A program made the position numbers and the translations under genes. Shown one piece after another: positions 10,469 through 22,146 of a DNA stretch of 64,000 nt (position 1 is its first letter; every line of letters begins with the position of its first letter). The notes under the pieces were generated by a model. The model ran no database searches and was not told where the DNA came from. It worked only from the letters and a program-made list of their open reading frames with translations. This stretch comes from Lobosporangium transversale. Lineage: Eukaryota. Location of the stretch: positions 1 through 64,000 of the forward strand of contig NW_019029023.1 of NCBI RefSeq assembly GCF_002105155.1. The letters are read 5' to 3'.

Positions 10469-11521
10469 TTATCTTGTTTTTCTTGAAGCCTCAAAGACGG
10501 CAAGCGCCTCTTTAGCGTTTGTGAGCGAAGATTTTGTTTCCCAAGTGGCTTCATCTAATGGATAGCCTTTCCAAAGAACGAGCCACTTAGGAGTTTTGCC
10601 AAACATTTTGAAGTCAATGATTTTGTCGACTTCATACTCCTCTTCTCCATCTACAAGCTCGGGGGCAGGGCGTGGTGGTGAGCGGTCGCCGAATTCACGA
10701 GGTGACTCAATATAGGGGCGAAGCAGATCGGCATTAAAGACTGGATGCTGATGCATGTCAGGCGGTAGTTCCAGCTTGTAGGCATTTTCATTGACCTTCG
10801 AAATGATCTTGTAAGGGCCTATGTACTCAGGTTCCAGTTTCTGCGACGGCCTATTTTTATGTCCCGCGACAGAGATGTTTTCCGAGCTTAAGAGCACCAT
10901 GTCACCCACAGCAAACGTAGCAGGCCTGCGAGTTTTGTCCGCTTGGGCCTTTTGCCTATTCTGCGCTTCGATGATGGCATCTTGAGCTAGCGCCAAATTC
11001 ATCGACTGGGTTCGAACAAAATCACTGACAGCCGGAACATTGGTATCAGGTGGCTTTAAAAGAGATCCAGGGACTAGTGGATGGTGACCATAGTTCAGAA
11101 AGAATGGGGAGAAGCCTGTCGTAGGATTGACAGAGTTGTTGTATGCGAACTCCATCATAGGCAGTAAAAGATCCCAGTCGTTTTGCTTGTACGATATGTA
11201 AGAGCGGAGCATTTCTTCTAATGTTCTGTTGGCGCGCTCTGTTTGTCCGTCTGACTGTGGATGGAAGGCAGTAGACATGTTAAGTTTAGTGCCCATGAGC
11301 TTCATCAACGTTGTCCAGAACTTGCCGGTGAAACGTGAATCTCTGTCTGACACAATTGTCCGAGGCATGCCGTGCAGTCTAAAAACATTGTCGAAAAAGA
11401 GTCGTGCAACATCAGAGGCAGTGTCGGTAGTTCGGCTAGCGCAGAAATGAACTTGCTTGGACAGTTTGTCCACAAAGACCGTGATCGCGTCAAAACCTCT
11501 GGCTGTCTTCGGAAGCCTGAC
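10469..11521 (-). mobile_element. Inverted, near-identical copy of the family B pol 3' end (integrase and chromodomain)
   Basis: Reverse complement matches ~7701-8753 with only a few transitions; cut at 11521 by the family A LTR. Confidence 0.93.
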
Positions 11522-11858
11522 TGTCACGAACAGCAAGCAATGTCTAGCTCATGAATTGATGAATGACTTTTGTCTGATTCGAATCTGAAAAAGATCACGT
11601 GTGCTTGATTAATTTGTTCCGCTCATTTCCTTCACTCATTCCTCCATGCATAGTTTGCCTGTCAAGCCAAGTCGCGTCTCCTAGTTTTCTAGCTCCGTGA
11701 ATAGCTCCAAGGATTCTAGAAGAGCTATAAACCAATAACCAAGACTTATAGTGCCAAGGAACCTTGAAATAAGATTGCACCAGATATCTTCCTCGGATCC
11801 TGTGTATTAAGTTAACTCAACACTTGGAGTTCCGCATATGGTAAAAGTCCTTAGGAAG

Positions 11859-11956
11859 CAGTGCTCCTATTCGGTTTAAAATTTTGTCAATTGATATTTA
11901 TTTTTTTAATCTGAAACATCATAATTGACAAAATTTTAAACCGAATAGGAGCACTG
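11859..11956. mobile_element. 98-bp hAT-like MITE in the family A 5' LTR
   Basis: Same sequence, site and TTAGGAAG TSD as 163-260. Confidence 0.9.
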
Positions 11957-12149
11957 TTAGGAAGTATTTGAGTAAGCTTTATTTAGAGTTCTTGAAGCGC
12001 GTCTCCGCTTCAGTCAAACAAGTATAAATATGATAGATTTGTAACATAGTAAACCTCAGTCTGCAATAAAACTATTCTTGAATCTCCTAAGTTCATTCTT
12101 GTTCCTAAATCACTTACCTTCTCTTGCAATCGTCCTGTCAGTCCTCGAC

Positions 12150-12159
12150 ATTGCAGACT
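12150..12159 (+). promoter_or_regulatory. Candidate self-priming primer-binding site
   Basis: ATTGCAGACT is the exact reverse complement of AGTCTGCAAT at 12058-12067, about 30 nt after the LTR TATA box; it does not begin with TGG. Confidence 0.7.
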
Positions 12160-12263
12160 CTACACAATCCTTGTCTTGTCTCCCCCTAGTTCTCAATAAA
12201 AATATTTCCTTTTTCTTGTCCACTGTTTAACTACACCTTTCCTTGTCCCTTACCTGTTCCACC

Positions 12264-13424
12264 ATGTCACAGAACCCCCATCCAGAGATCTATACTCCGC
12301 GAGCCCTCGAAGAGCTTGCTCAAGACCTTAACGTGGATCCTCGCCAAGTTCTAGCACACCTGCAATCCCACGCTGAGGCCGTTAGCGGCATGCAACAGCA
12401 AATCCAGAATATCCAAGGCATAATGAAGCAACAACATGCACAACTAAATAGCAATCCTGATCCTGCAGGGCTAATCACCCTCCGTAGTGCCATTGAAGCT
12501 CTTGCAGCACAACACCAAGAACAAAGGAGCATGCAGCGCACCTTTGAACGGGACATGCAGTCCATCTTAAATCGCCTTGCCAACCGGGCCACCGCCCCCG
12601 CTGTACGAACTGCTGTTCCACAGCCTATCGCCTCTAAATTCAAGGGCAACAGTGAGGAGCTGTCTCTTTCCGACTTCCGTGCCCGCCTCCAAGTTGTTTT
12701 TGCCCGCTTCCCCGATGCCTTGTCCAGCGATGAGGACAAAATCAATTATTCCCTCCAGTGCCTAGATGGCGACGCATCTCGGCACTTCGCTCCATACATC
12801 AATGGAGAACTTGAGGATGTCTCTGGTGTCTTGACTTCGTATGAAGTATTCATCGAAACCCTTGAAGAATTCTTTGGTGATCATCTTGAACAAGAAGACG
12901 TCGAGCACCAGCTATCCTGTATCCGCCAGTCAGGTTCCATGATCGAGTACGTGACAGAGTTCCGCCGCCTTGCTGCCCGCAGTGGTTGGAATGACCGAGC
13001 TCTCAAAGCTCGCTTCAAGAAAGGTCTGTCGAGCGAAATCCATGGCCTCCTGTTACCCCAATGGTCCAAGTTTAAGACTGTGCACGAGGTACAGACCGCT
13101 GCGATCGATGCGTATAGAAATCTGTCCTCGCATCGTCGTCAGCGACCTCGTTTTGATTCCTTCAAGTCTCAACATCAACCTGCTCGTCGCCCTCCCCCAG
13201 CGACTACTTCTGCTACAACAACCTCCTCCTCAGCTCCATCTATGGCAATGGATGTAGATGCTATGCGCGCTCGGCGCCTCACACCCGAAGAAAAGAAGCG
13301 CCGCAGAGATATGGGTCTTTGCCTGTACTGTGGGGGCGCTAACCACATTGCCCTGAATTGCCCTACCAAGAAAACCATCCATGCTTCGGTTGTTGAAGCC
13401 GAATCGGGAAACGACTCTGCCTAG
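12264..13424 (+). CDS. Family A gag
   Basis: Retrotransposon gag core (QSGSMIEYVTEF), AMDVD motif, CCHC knuckle CLYCGGANHIALNC. Confidence 0.9.
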   Translation: MSQNPHPEIYTPRALEELAQDLNVDPRQVLAHLQSHAEAVSGMQQQIQNIQGIMKQQHAQLNSNPDPAGLITLRSAIEALAAQHQEQRSMQRTFERDMQSILNRLANRATAPAVRTAVPQPIASKFKGNSEELSLSDFRARLQVVFARFPDALSSDEDKINYSLQCLDGDASRHFAPYINGELEDVSGVLTSYEVFIETLEEFFGDHLEQEDVEHQLSCIRQSGSMIEYVTEFRRLAARSGWNDRALKARFKKGLSSEIHGLLLPQWSKFKTVHEVQTAAIDAYRNLSSHRRQRPRFDSFKSQHQPARRPPPATTSATTTSSSAPSMAMDVDAMRARRLTPEEKKRRRDMGLCLYCGGANHIALNCPTKKTIHASVVEAESGNDSA

Positions 13425-16400
13425 GCTCCGACGAGGAATGGATCCTAGGAAATATGCTCACTACTTCCTCGCCCTCAAGACCTAGAATCTGCCTCCTAGT
13501 TAATATAACCTTGTCCCTGCCTAGCCAACCCCCTGTCCAAACCAAAGCTCTCATCGACTCTGGGGCGCAAGCTTCTTTCATCGATGTGAGCCTCGTCACG
13601 AAACATAACCTCATCACTGTCCCCTTGTCCACTCCCCTTCGTCTCAACATGGCTGATGGTCAGGCCAGCCTTCACGGCCTTGTCACCCATCATGCCCCTG
13701 TCTCCCTAGCCATAGAAAATCATCGTGAAAATTTGTCATTGAACGTCACTAGTATCCAGCACCCAGTCATCCTTGGTATCGATTGGCTTGAAAAGCACAA
13801 CCCTGCCATAAACTGGAAAAGGCGACTAGTTTCTTTCTCCGATGACTTCTGCAATAAAACCTGTTTTGAACAGTATCCTGTCGTGTCTTGTGAAACAATC
13901 TTGTCTAGCTTTCTTGCTTCTAGTTTCGTCCCTAGTCTTGCTCCTAGTCTTGATCTTGAAAATAATATATCTGTTAATGAGTATTATCTCTGTCAATTAC
14001 TCTCAGAATATCTTGAGGACCTATGTCCTACCCAGTCCTTGATCTCTGTTCCTGACCTCTCTTGTTTTTCTCTATCCCTGAATTCCAGCACCTCTGAACC
14101 TTGCCCTGTAACACTCTGAATCTTTGCCCCCAACCTATTCTGAGTTCGCACCACTTTTCAAAGAAAAAGAACTTGGAACTCTGCCTCCTCATAGACCCTT
14201 TGACCATGCTATCTCTCTTGAACCTGATTCCAAAATTCCATTTGGCCCCTTGTATACTTTGTCACATACTGAACTCGAAGCCCTTAAAGAATACCTTGAT
14301 GATAATCTGAAAAGAGGATTTATCCGAAGGTCAGAATCCCCTGCCGGCGCTCCTGTCCTATTTGTTCCAAAAAAAGATGGCAAACTCAGACTTTGTGTCG
14401 ATTATCGAGCCCTCAACAAAATAACAATCAAGAACCGCTGCCCCCTACCCTTAATATCAGAGACCTTGGACCGACTACGGTTAGCACTCATTTTCACCAA
14501 GTTAGACCTCAAGGGCGCCTACAATCTTGTTCGTATAGCTAAGGGTGACGAATGGAAAACCGCCTTTCGCACTCGGTATGGCCATTTCGAGTACCTTGTG
14601 ATGCCTTTCGGGCTCACCAATGCCCCAGCCACCTTTCAAGCCTTTCTCAACGAGGTCCTTCGTAGCTGCCTTGATACCTTCGTCGTCATCTATTTGGACG
14701 ATATCCTGATTTATTCCAACAACGATGAGGAACACGTCCACCATGTGCGTAAGGTCTTGCAATTACTTATGGATGCTGACCTCCAAGTCAATTTGGAAAA
14801 ATGCCAGTTCCATGTTACCACCGTTGAGTTTCTCGGTTACGTGATCTCTCCTACTGGCATCTCCATGGACCCTGCCAAGGTTAAGGCTATCACATCATGG
14901 CCTACCCCTGCATCTGTGCGCGACATCCAAGTGTTCTTGGGCTTTGCCAACTTCTACCGTCGCTTCATCAAGAATTTCTCCAATGTAGTTTCGCCTATCA
15001 CAAGCCTCCTTAAAAAAGATGTGCCCTTTGTCTGGGGTCCTCCTGCTCAAAAGGCTTTTGACGAGCTTCGAAGGGTTTTCACTACCGAGCCAGTCCTGTC
15101 TCACTACAACCCAGAAAAACCATGCTTTCTCGAGCCCGATGCTTCTAAGCACGCTTTGGGCGCTGTCTGTAGCCAGGCGGACGACAAAGGAGTGTTGCGG
15201 CCTCTTGCTTACTATTCTCGCTCTCTGACGCCCCCTGAGCGAAAGTACCATGTCCATGATACTGAACTCCTAGCCGCTGTAGAGGGTCTGGAACAATTCC
15301 GCCACTACTTCGCGTACTCTCAGTTCCCTGCCACCATCCTAACTGATCATAAGAACCTCGAGTACTTTTCTGAAAAACGTTCCCTAAGTTCTCGTCAAGT
15401 ACGCTACGCCGAACGTCTATCCAAGTTCAAGTTCCGCGTGGTCTATCGCCCTGGCATTCTCAATGGTGCTGCTGATGCCCTCTCTCGCATGCACCCTCCT
15501 GAAGGGGGGGAAGACGCTGTCCATGACGCGATCCTGCCCAAACTAGAACCATGGGACACAAAATTATTAGCCGTAGCCACACATCAAGAATCAAGCAGTA
15601 ACGACATCACTGCAAGAATCAAAGAATCCTACCTTCAAGACGAAACAACAGCTGCTATATTCCACAGCCTACACCAAAAGCCAGAGTCCTACCCAGAGCA
15701 TACTATCGAGGATGGTCTGCTATACCATAAGGGCCGCATCGTCGTGCCCGCCAATGACCGCATCAAGCTGGATATCCTTCGTCACTGTCATGACACCATC
15801 ATCACGGGTCACTTTGGAGTTCATAAGACCTTCGAGCTTGTAGCACGCACCTATCATTGGCCAAAGTTGCGTCAGTTCGTCAAGAAGTTTATCCTTACAT
15901 GTGACATTTGTCAGCGCAATAAGACCACTCACCATAAGCCATATGGCTTGTTGCAATCCTTGCCTGTACCCGAGACACCATGGTCCTCCATTTCCATGGA
16001 CTTTATCACTCAACTGCCACCCTCTGAGGACAAGACTGCTATCCTAGTTGTCGTAGACAGATTCACCAAGATGGCGCACTTTATCCCATCAACAGACAAT
16101 ATCGACGCCGCAGGATTAGCCACTTTGTTCCTACATCGTATCGTAGCTGTCCATGGTCTCCCTGATGATATCATCACTGACCGTGGATCCCTGTTCACCG
16201 CACAATTCACTCGAGACTTCCTTCAAGGCCTAGGTGTGACTCAGAATCTTGCTACAGCATTCCATCAACAGACTGATGGTCAAACCGAAAGGACAAATGC
16301 TACTCTGGAACAATATCTACGTTGCTTTCTGAATTATCAGCAGGACAACTGGGTTGGTCTGCTCCCTATGGCAGAATTCTGTTACAACAACACTGTCCAC

Positions 16401-17078
16401 TCATCCACCAACCAGACGCCATTCTTCGCGCATCAAGGGTATCACCCAAAATTCAGTTTCGTAATCCCGAGGGTTGCTGCCAGTAGTCCTAGTGCTAAAA
16501 ATCGTCTACAAGTTTTGAAAGACGTTCAAGAAGACCTTCAGTTTTATATTCGTGAAGCCCAAGAATCGCAAGAGCGTAATTACAACCAACATGCTCAGCC
16601 ACAGCCATCATTCTCACCTGGCGACATGGTGTGGTTGTCAAGAGCCAATATAAAGACTGCCAGGCCCTCCGATAAACTCGATGCTAAACGACTTGGGCCT
16701 TTCGAGATAGTTGAAGCCGTTGGAACGCGCTCGTTCCGACTTAAACTGCCAAAAGAACTTTCACGACTTCACCCTGTTTTCCATGTCTCCCTGCTTGAGC
16801 CCTACCATGCTAATTCCATCCCGGGTCGTGTCGCTCCACCGCCTCCTGCGGTTGAGATCGATGGCGAAGACGAATACGAGGTCGAAGAAATCTTGTCATC
16901 AGAATTTAAGAATCGACGCTTCCGTTACCTAGTCAAGTGGATTGGTTATGATGAGCCTACCAAAGAACCTCCTAAAAATCTCGAGAATAGTCAAGACCTT
17001 GTTCATGACTTCCATGAACGTTACCCACACTTACCTCGGCCACCTGGGTATTCGCCGCGATCAGGAGATCGCTCATAA
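13412..17078 (+). pseudogene. Family A pol (protease, RT, RNase H, integrase, chromodomain) with a +1 frame break near 14110-14117
   Basis: LIDSGA in ORF 13454-14119; YLDD, PDAS, HHCC, TDRG, GPF and chromodomain in ORF 14124-17078. The break may be a mutation or a sequencing error. Confidence 0.88.
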
Positions 17079-17421
17079 GAGGAGGGATTGTCACGAACAG
17101 CAAGCAATGTCTAGCTCATGAATTGATGAATGACTTTTGTCTGATTCGAATCTGAAAAAGATCACGTGTGCTTGATTAATTTGTTCCGCTCATTTCCTTC
17201 ACTCATTCCTCCATGCATAGTTTGCCTGTCAAGCCAAGTCGCGTCTCCTAGTTTTCTAGCTCCGTGAATAGCTCCAAGGATTCTAGAAGAGCTATAAACC
17301 AATAACCAAGACTTATAGTGCCAAGGAACCTTGAAATAAGATTGCACCAGATATCTTCCTCGGATCCTGTGTATTAAGTTAACTTAATACTTGGAGTTCC
17401 GCATATGGTAAAAGTCAATGT

Positions 17422-17510
17422 CAGTGCTCCTATTCGGTTTAAAATTTTGTCAATTATACAAAATTTTAAACCGAATAGGAGCACTGCTCGATTTTCGAAT
17501 AGGAGCCCTG
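17422..17510. mobile_element. Internally deleted 65-bp MITE (17422-17486) plus one end of a CAGGGC-type MITE (to 17510)
   Basis: Both TIRs CAGTGCTCCTATTCGG are present, followed by TCGAATAGGAGCCCTG; no TSD seen. Confidence 0.8.
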
Positions 17511-17817
17511 GTGCCAAGGAACCTTGAAATAATATTGCACTTAATATCTCCCTTCGATCCTTTGTTTTAAGTTAACTCAGGACTTGAAGTTCGGCATATG
17601 ATAGAAGTCATTTAGAAGTAATTTGAATAAGGCTCTATTTATAGGTTATGGATCGCGTCTCGCTTCTAACTCTCAAACATGGACATCGTAGACTTGTAAG
17701 ATAGAAAACCTCTAACTGCAATGAAACTATTCGTGAGCTATTCTAGTCCTCAAGTTCATTACTATTCTTGTTTTCAACTACTTATCCTTCTGGACAGTAA
17801 TCTTGTCGTCCCTTACA
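17511..17817 (+). mobile_element. 3' part of an older, diverged family A-related LTR lacking the MITE
   Basis: Colinear with 11751-12150 minus the MITE; single TTTAGAAG at the empty site; ends ...CCTTACA. Confidence 0.8.
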
Positions 17818-17879
17818 TTATCATTTTACACTAAGTATTTTCCCATAGATATTGAGCACGCTTTACTCCATTTCTATAT

Positions 17880-18330
17880 TAGTTAATCGCATAATAAATT
17901 ATTTCATATCCACACTTAACTATTTCCACTTTAATTTACTTTCAGCCCAACTTATTCCAGCTTCATTTACAGCCAACAAAATTGTTTTCAATTTATTTTA
18001 ATTTGTTACTAACTTAATTTATTTCCATTTTAAATAATTTCATGCTGAATTTATTCACGTTTTAATTTACTCCCGTTTTAGCTTATTTTCTACTTATATA
18101 TTATCCGGACTAATATATTTCCGATTTAGTTTATTTCCAGTATAATTTATTTCTAGTCTAAATTATTTCCGATTTAATTATATGTGTTTTATTTTATTCC
18201 TGTTTTAATTTATTTCCGATTTAATTAATCACTGTTTTATTTTATTCCTGTTTTAAATTATTCCCTATCTAATTTATTTCTGTTTTATTTTATTCCTGTT
18301 TTAATTTATTCCCTATCTAATTTATTTCTG
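17880..18330. repeat. AT-rich degenerate tandem repeat (TTTAATTTATTTCC-like units)
   Basis: Periodic units of roughly 16-17 bp visible by eye. Confidence 0.7.
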
Positions 18331-18526
18331 ATCATGAAATGTAATTCCTTTTGAAATGCAGTTCTCATCCTCCATCCTTTTCGTATCAATTTTCTAAATG
18401 TCACGCACCATGCAATGCAGGGATTCTCTTTCTCAGTTACCTCATATTAAATTTCTACGACCTCAGGAACATCGGAATGGTCATTTTTGTAAACAATCGC
18501 CTTCATGCGCCTTTGCATGCTCTCAT

Positions 18527-18636
18527 CAGGGCTCCTATTCGATAATCGAATAGAATCCGAATGTACTGTAAAATTTTTTTTCACTCCTTTTTTTATATGC
18601 ATTCGAATTTCATTCGATTATCGAATAGGAGCACTG
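18527..18636. mobile_element. hAT-like MITE, ~110-bp subtype
   Basis: TIR CAG(G/T)GCTCCTATTCGATAATCGAAT; degenerate TSD GCTCTCAT / ACTCTCTT. Confidence 0.82.
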
Positions 18637-19003
18637 ACTCTCTTGATGATTTCTCATGACTAAATAGCACCTCAGTATTATAGCGGTCGCTTTTGTAATG
18701 CGGAACATTATTGATGACGCAATAGCTTGGAAATATGCTGGTTGGTGATACAATTTAAAACGGATAATGTGGAGTGCTTTAAAGGTCATCTCTTTCCTTA
18801 GTAAAACAATGAGCTTTTATTCATTATAAAAATGGTAAAAGTAATCATTTAGACTGAACATGATTCAATTGGCTCTTATAGAGCTATGGCGTCATTCAAT
18901 GACACCAATGGAGGGATGCTAAAATGCAAGAGAACCTTCACCAGCAATGGCTTTTCAATGTAACGAGATGAGCATGGTAAATGAATGTCAAAAAGCGTGC
19001 AAT

Positions 19004-19112
19004 CAGGGCTCCTATTCGAGACCCGAATGAAATTCGAATGCATAAAAGAAAGGGTGAAAAAAATATTTTACAGTGCATTCGAATTCTATTCGAGTCTCGA
19101 ATAGGAGCCCTG
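19004..19112. mobile_element. hAT-like MITE, ~110-bp subtype, opposite orientation to 18527
   Basis: TIR CAGGGCTCCTATTCGAGAC; TSD CGTGCAAT / CGTGCGAT. Confidence 0.87.
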
Positions 19113-19169
19113 CGTGCGATTGGTAGTCATTTTTGCGGTCTACTGTAATTTGCTTCTGATTAAAAAGTC

Positions 19170-19490
19170 ATTTCCGATTTAATTTGAGTTGGTATGATTT
19201 AATTTACGTCCGATTCAATTTACTTCCATTTTAAATTTGTTTCGGATTTAAATTAGTTTCGGATTTAAATTAGTTTCGGATTTAATTTAATTCCATTTTA
19301 AATTAGTTTCGGATTTATTTTAATTCCATTTTAATTTATCTCCACTTTAATTTATCTCCATTTTAATTTATCTCCATTTTAATTTATTCCCACTTTAATT
19401 ATTTTCCAGTTTAATTCAATCCCAAGTTAATTAAAATCCCATTATTTTAATTCCAGTTTAATTTTATTCCAATTTTAATTTTTCCCAAAC
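19170..19490. repeat. AT-rich degenerate tandem repeat
   Basis: Repeated TTTAAATTAGTTTCGGA and TTTAATTTATCTCCA units. Confidence 0.75.
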
Positions 19491-19613
19491 TTGCTGTACA
19501 TCTTAGCTTAAGGGCTAAAATATACACAAAAGAAGATAGGACAGAATGAAGAGTATCAAGAGAGAAAGGTTATAAACTGAGTTAAAAGATAAATGGCAAG
19601 ATGAACTAACATA

Positions 19614-21211
19614 CACTATTATGCAAAACTGATTCATTAATTCATTCCCATGTTCATTTCTTTTTTTCTTTCCTAGAAACCGTATATGCATACACCACTC
19701 ATACTTTGGTTTAATGCGTTGTGACATTAGCTTGTCTCATTTGGAAAGCTAATGACTTTTTTGTTCATTCAGGTCATTGAATCAGTTTCACATGTGCTCA
19801 TTCGGTGGCCAAAGATCTTTATATTTTGTGAGGCATAACCTTACATCAATAGATAGTATTCCAACCATGGGCATCACTGACAGCTTGGAGTCTCTTATGG
19901 ATACCTATGATGAGTTTGCGGCAGAAGTCCACTGGGATCCTGTACCATTCAGCCGATATTCGCTCCCATAGTTCATCACAGCTCTTAGCTCGCTCCGGAT
20001 ACCTAGAGAGCCGCCTATCCAATTCTGCCCACATATGTTCAATAGGGTTGAGGTCAGAGGATTGTGCTGGCCACTCTAGAAGTGTACCTTCCTCTTCTGT
20101 CAGATGTACTGACTCCAAATACTTCCTAACAATCTTCGCCGTGTGCTTCGAGTCATTGTCGTGCTGAAAGACGATATCGCTTTTAGTTAGGCCCCAGTCA
20201 TCAAGCGACATCTGTAGATCCTCCTGGAGTAGTTTGATGTAAAGTTGTGCGTCCATATTATTGTCAATCTTTGCAATGTATCCAGGTCCGTACCATGAGA
20301 ATCATGACCACACTTTAACATTACCACCCCCAAACTTGAGAGTGCCTTGCACCGACCTGCGAGTGAGGCGTCCCGGATTGTCGTCCCAGATCCACTGCAC
20401 GCCATCAGAGCAGATTCGGTTTATTTTCGATTCATCTGACCAAATAACCTTTTTCCAATCTTCCAGAGTCCATTCCTTATACTTATCGATAAAATGCAAA
20501 CGAGCTTTAATATGTCGTCGACGTAAAGCTGGCTTACGTACACGCCTCTTTGCTGTCAATCCTAACTCCTTGAGCCGTCGTCTAACGGTGGTCTCAGAAA
20601 CAGCCGCTGGTATGAGCTGGTTGGCTCTGACGGTGGCCTCAACTGCAGACTTGAGTGTACCTCGTTTCATGTTCACCTTAAGATACTGCATGATACCTCT
20701 AGGTACTTTCCTTGGTCGACCGCCTTTATTGACTGGCATGTGCTCCTTATTATGTGCATAGATCCTGGTGGCCGTCGCTATTGATATACCAACACTAGCA
20801 GCAGTTTCTCTAGTAGACATGCCTCCCATCATGAACCTCCTGGCTTCGTTGACTTTCCTTTGTGGAGTGGGTCTCATATTCTGTGAAGGTATAGTTAAGA
20901 GAGAGTTAAGCAAGTGTTCATAAAGGAAAGAGAGAAAAGACCTTTTATACTTGCATTAAATGACGTCCAAAAGTTGTCATGGGCAACATTTTAGACCACA
21001 TGTGAAACTGATTCAATGACCTGCATGAACAAAAAAGTCATTAGCTATTCAAATGAGACAAGCTAATGTCACAACGCATCACTATGTCGTAGAAGAAGAC
21101 GGGAGCTTTATCAAACCAAAGTATGAGTGGTGTATGCTGATACGGTTTCTAGGAATGAAAAAAAGAAATGCACATGGGAATGAATTATTGAATCAGTTTT
21201 GCATGATAGTG
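19614..21211 (-). mobile_element. Tc1/mariner transposon with ~180-210 bp TIRs
   Basis: Termini CACTAT(T/C)ATGCAAAACTGATTCA; TA at 19612-19613 and 21212-21213; the right TIR carries a ~30-bp insertion. Confidence 0.9.
19846..20877 (-). pseudogene. Tc1-like transposase with DD39E spacing and an in-frame TGA at 20302-20304
   Basis: WSDESK, KFGGG, QHDND...DLNPIEHMW motifs; the two ORFs share a frame. Confidence 0.87.
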
Positions 21212-21772
21212 TATATCAGCAAGACAATGCTAGGATCCATACTGCAAAAATTGCAATGGACTATATCAAAAAGTCTAAGATAGCTCACATGGAATGGCCA
21301 GCAAACTCTCCTGACATCAACCCAATAGAAAAAGTATGGGCATATATGAAGATGAAGTTGGATCAATATCCAGACAAGCCAAAGATTATGGAGGACCTTT
21401 GGGATCGGGTTCAAGACGTATGGGCACAAATCCCTCCTGAATTCTTGGAACAGCTATATTGTGACATGCCAAAGAGGATGAGGGAGTTATATAAGGCAAA
21501 AGGAGGAAACATCATTAAGACAGAAGAGAAGTAACCGAAATAAAGAGAACAGGAAGTTAAAAATTAACTTAACAGATGCAATAAGGTACTGAAAGCAAAT
21601 TGCGATTAAATGCTAATTGCGACATTGATGAGGATGGTGATGACAGTCCATGGAGGTGAGACAAATACGAATGAGAAACAGCGATGACATGGAAGATCAT
21701 TAGAAAGAAAAAGGAGAATGAGGAATGAATGTCCAAAAGTGCAATTTATTGCATTAGTACTGAAATGCACCA
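21212..21772 (+). mobile_element. 3' half of a Tc1 related to 8864-10466 (transposase C-terminus and TIR)
   Basis: QQDNARIH...KAKGGNII closely resembles ORF 9103-9735; degenerate TIR ends ...GCACCA followed by TA. Confidence 0.85.
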
Positions 21773-21774
21773 TA

Positions 21775-22146
21775 GATTCGTCAGCTAGTAAAGCAGTTAG
21801 AAGCTCGCGCGCTTCAGTGACATAATCAACAACCGTAGCGGTCATTGTCAATGAGGATAGACGGTACCGGATGAGCTGAGAGAAGTCGTTCGGGATAAAC
21901 GCAGTGCGAAAACTGGCCTCAAAGGTTTCGAAGGTGGCATCATCAGCGATGCCTGAGCCATTGAACCATCTGGTGGCATCAGGGCCAAGGAAGGCAATGG
22001 CTACAATAGTCCGAGCTGCGTCAGGCACGGAGGCGCCCACAAAAAACCGGCGCATGGAGCGCAACCAGGTAGTGAAGACAAAAGGTGATTTTGTTATAAT
22101 TATTAAAACAAGCCTTTTTATAGGCTTAAGGCTATATACTGTTACA
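21775..22146 (-). mobile_element. Relic of a fourth LTR family: 5' LTR (22146-22075) fused to a gag fragment
   Basis: LTR part matches the solo LTR at 47859; gag-like FLGPDATRWF...FRTAFIP...VVDYVTE lies directly downstream on the same strand. Confidence 0.75.

Larger units (their letters stand above)
11522..17416 (+). mobile_element. Chromodomain Ty3/gypsy element (family A) with a complete 5' LTR and a broken 3' LTR
   Basis: 5' LTR 11522-12150 (TGTCA...CGACA); gag and pol; purine tract AAGAGGAGGGAT at 17077-17088; 3' LTR matches from 17089 to 17416. Confidence 0.93.

Noticed and set aside
14105..14125. Second programmed frameshift in family A pol
   Set aside because: No slippery sequence; a 1-bp indel or sequencing error is more likely.
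17880..19490. CRISPR-like array
   Set aside because: Degenerate AT-rich tandem units with no unique spacers, no cas genes, and a eukaryotic context.
19495..19530. Hairpin as a Helitron 3' end
   Set aside because: Imperfect AT-rich stem with no following CTRR and no Rep/helicase nearby.
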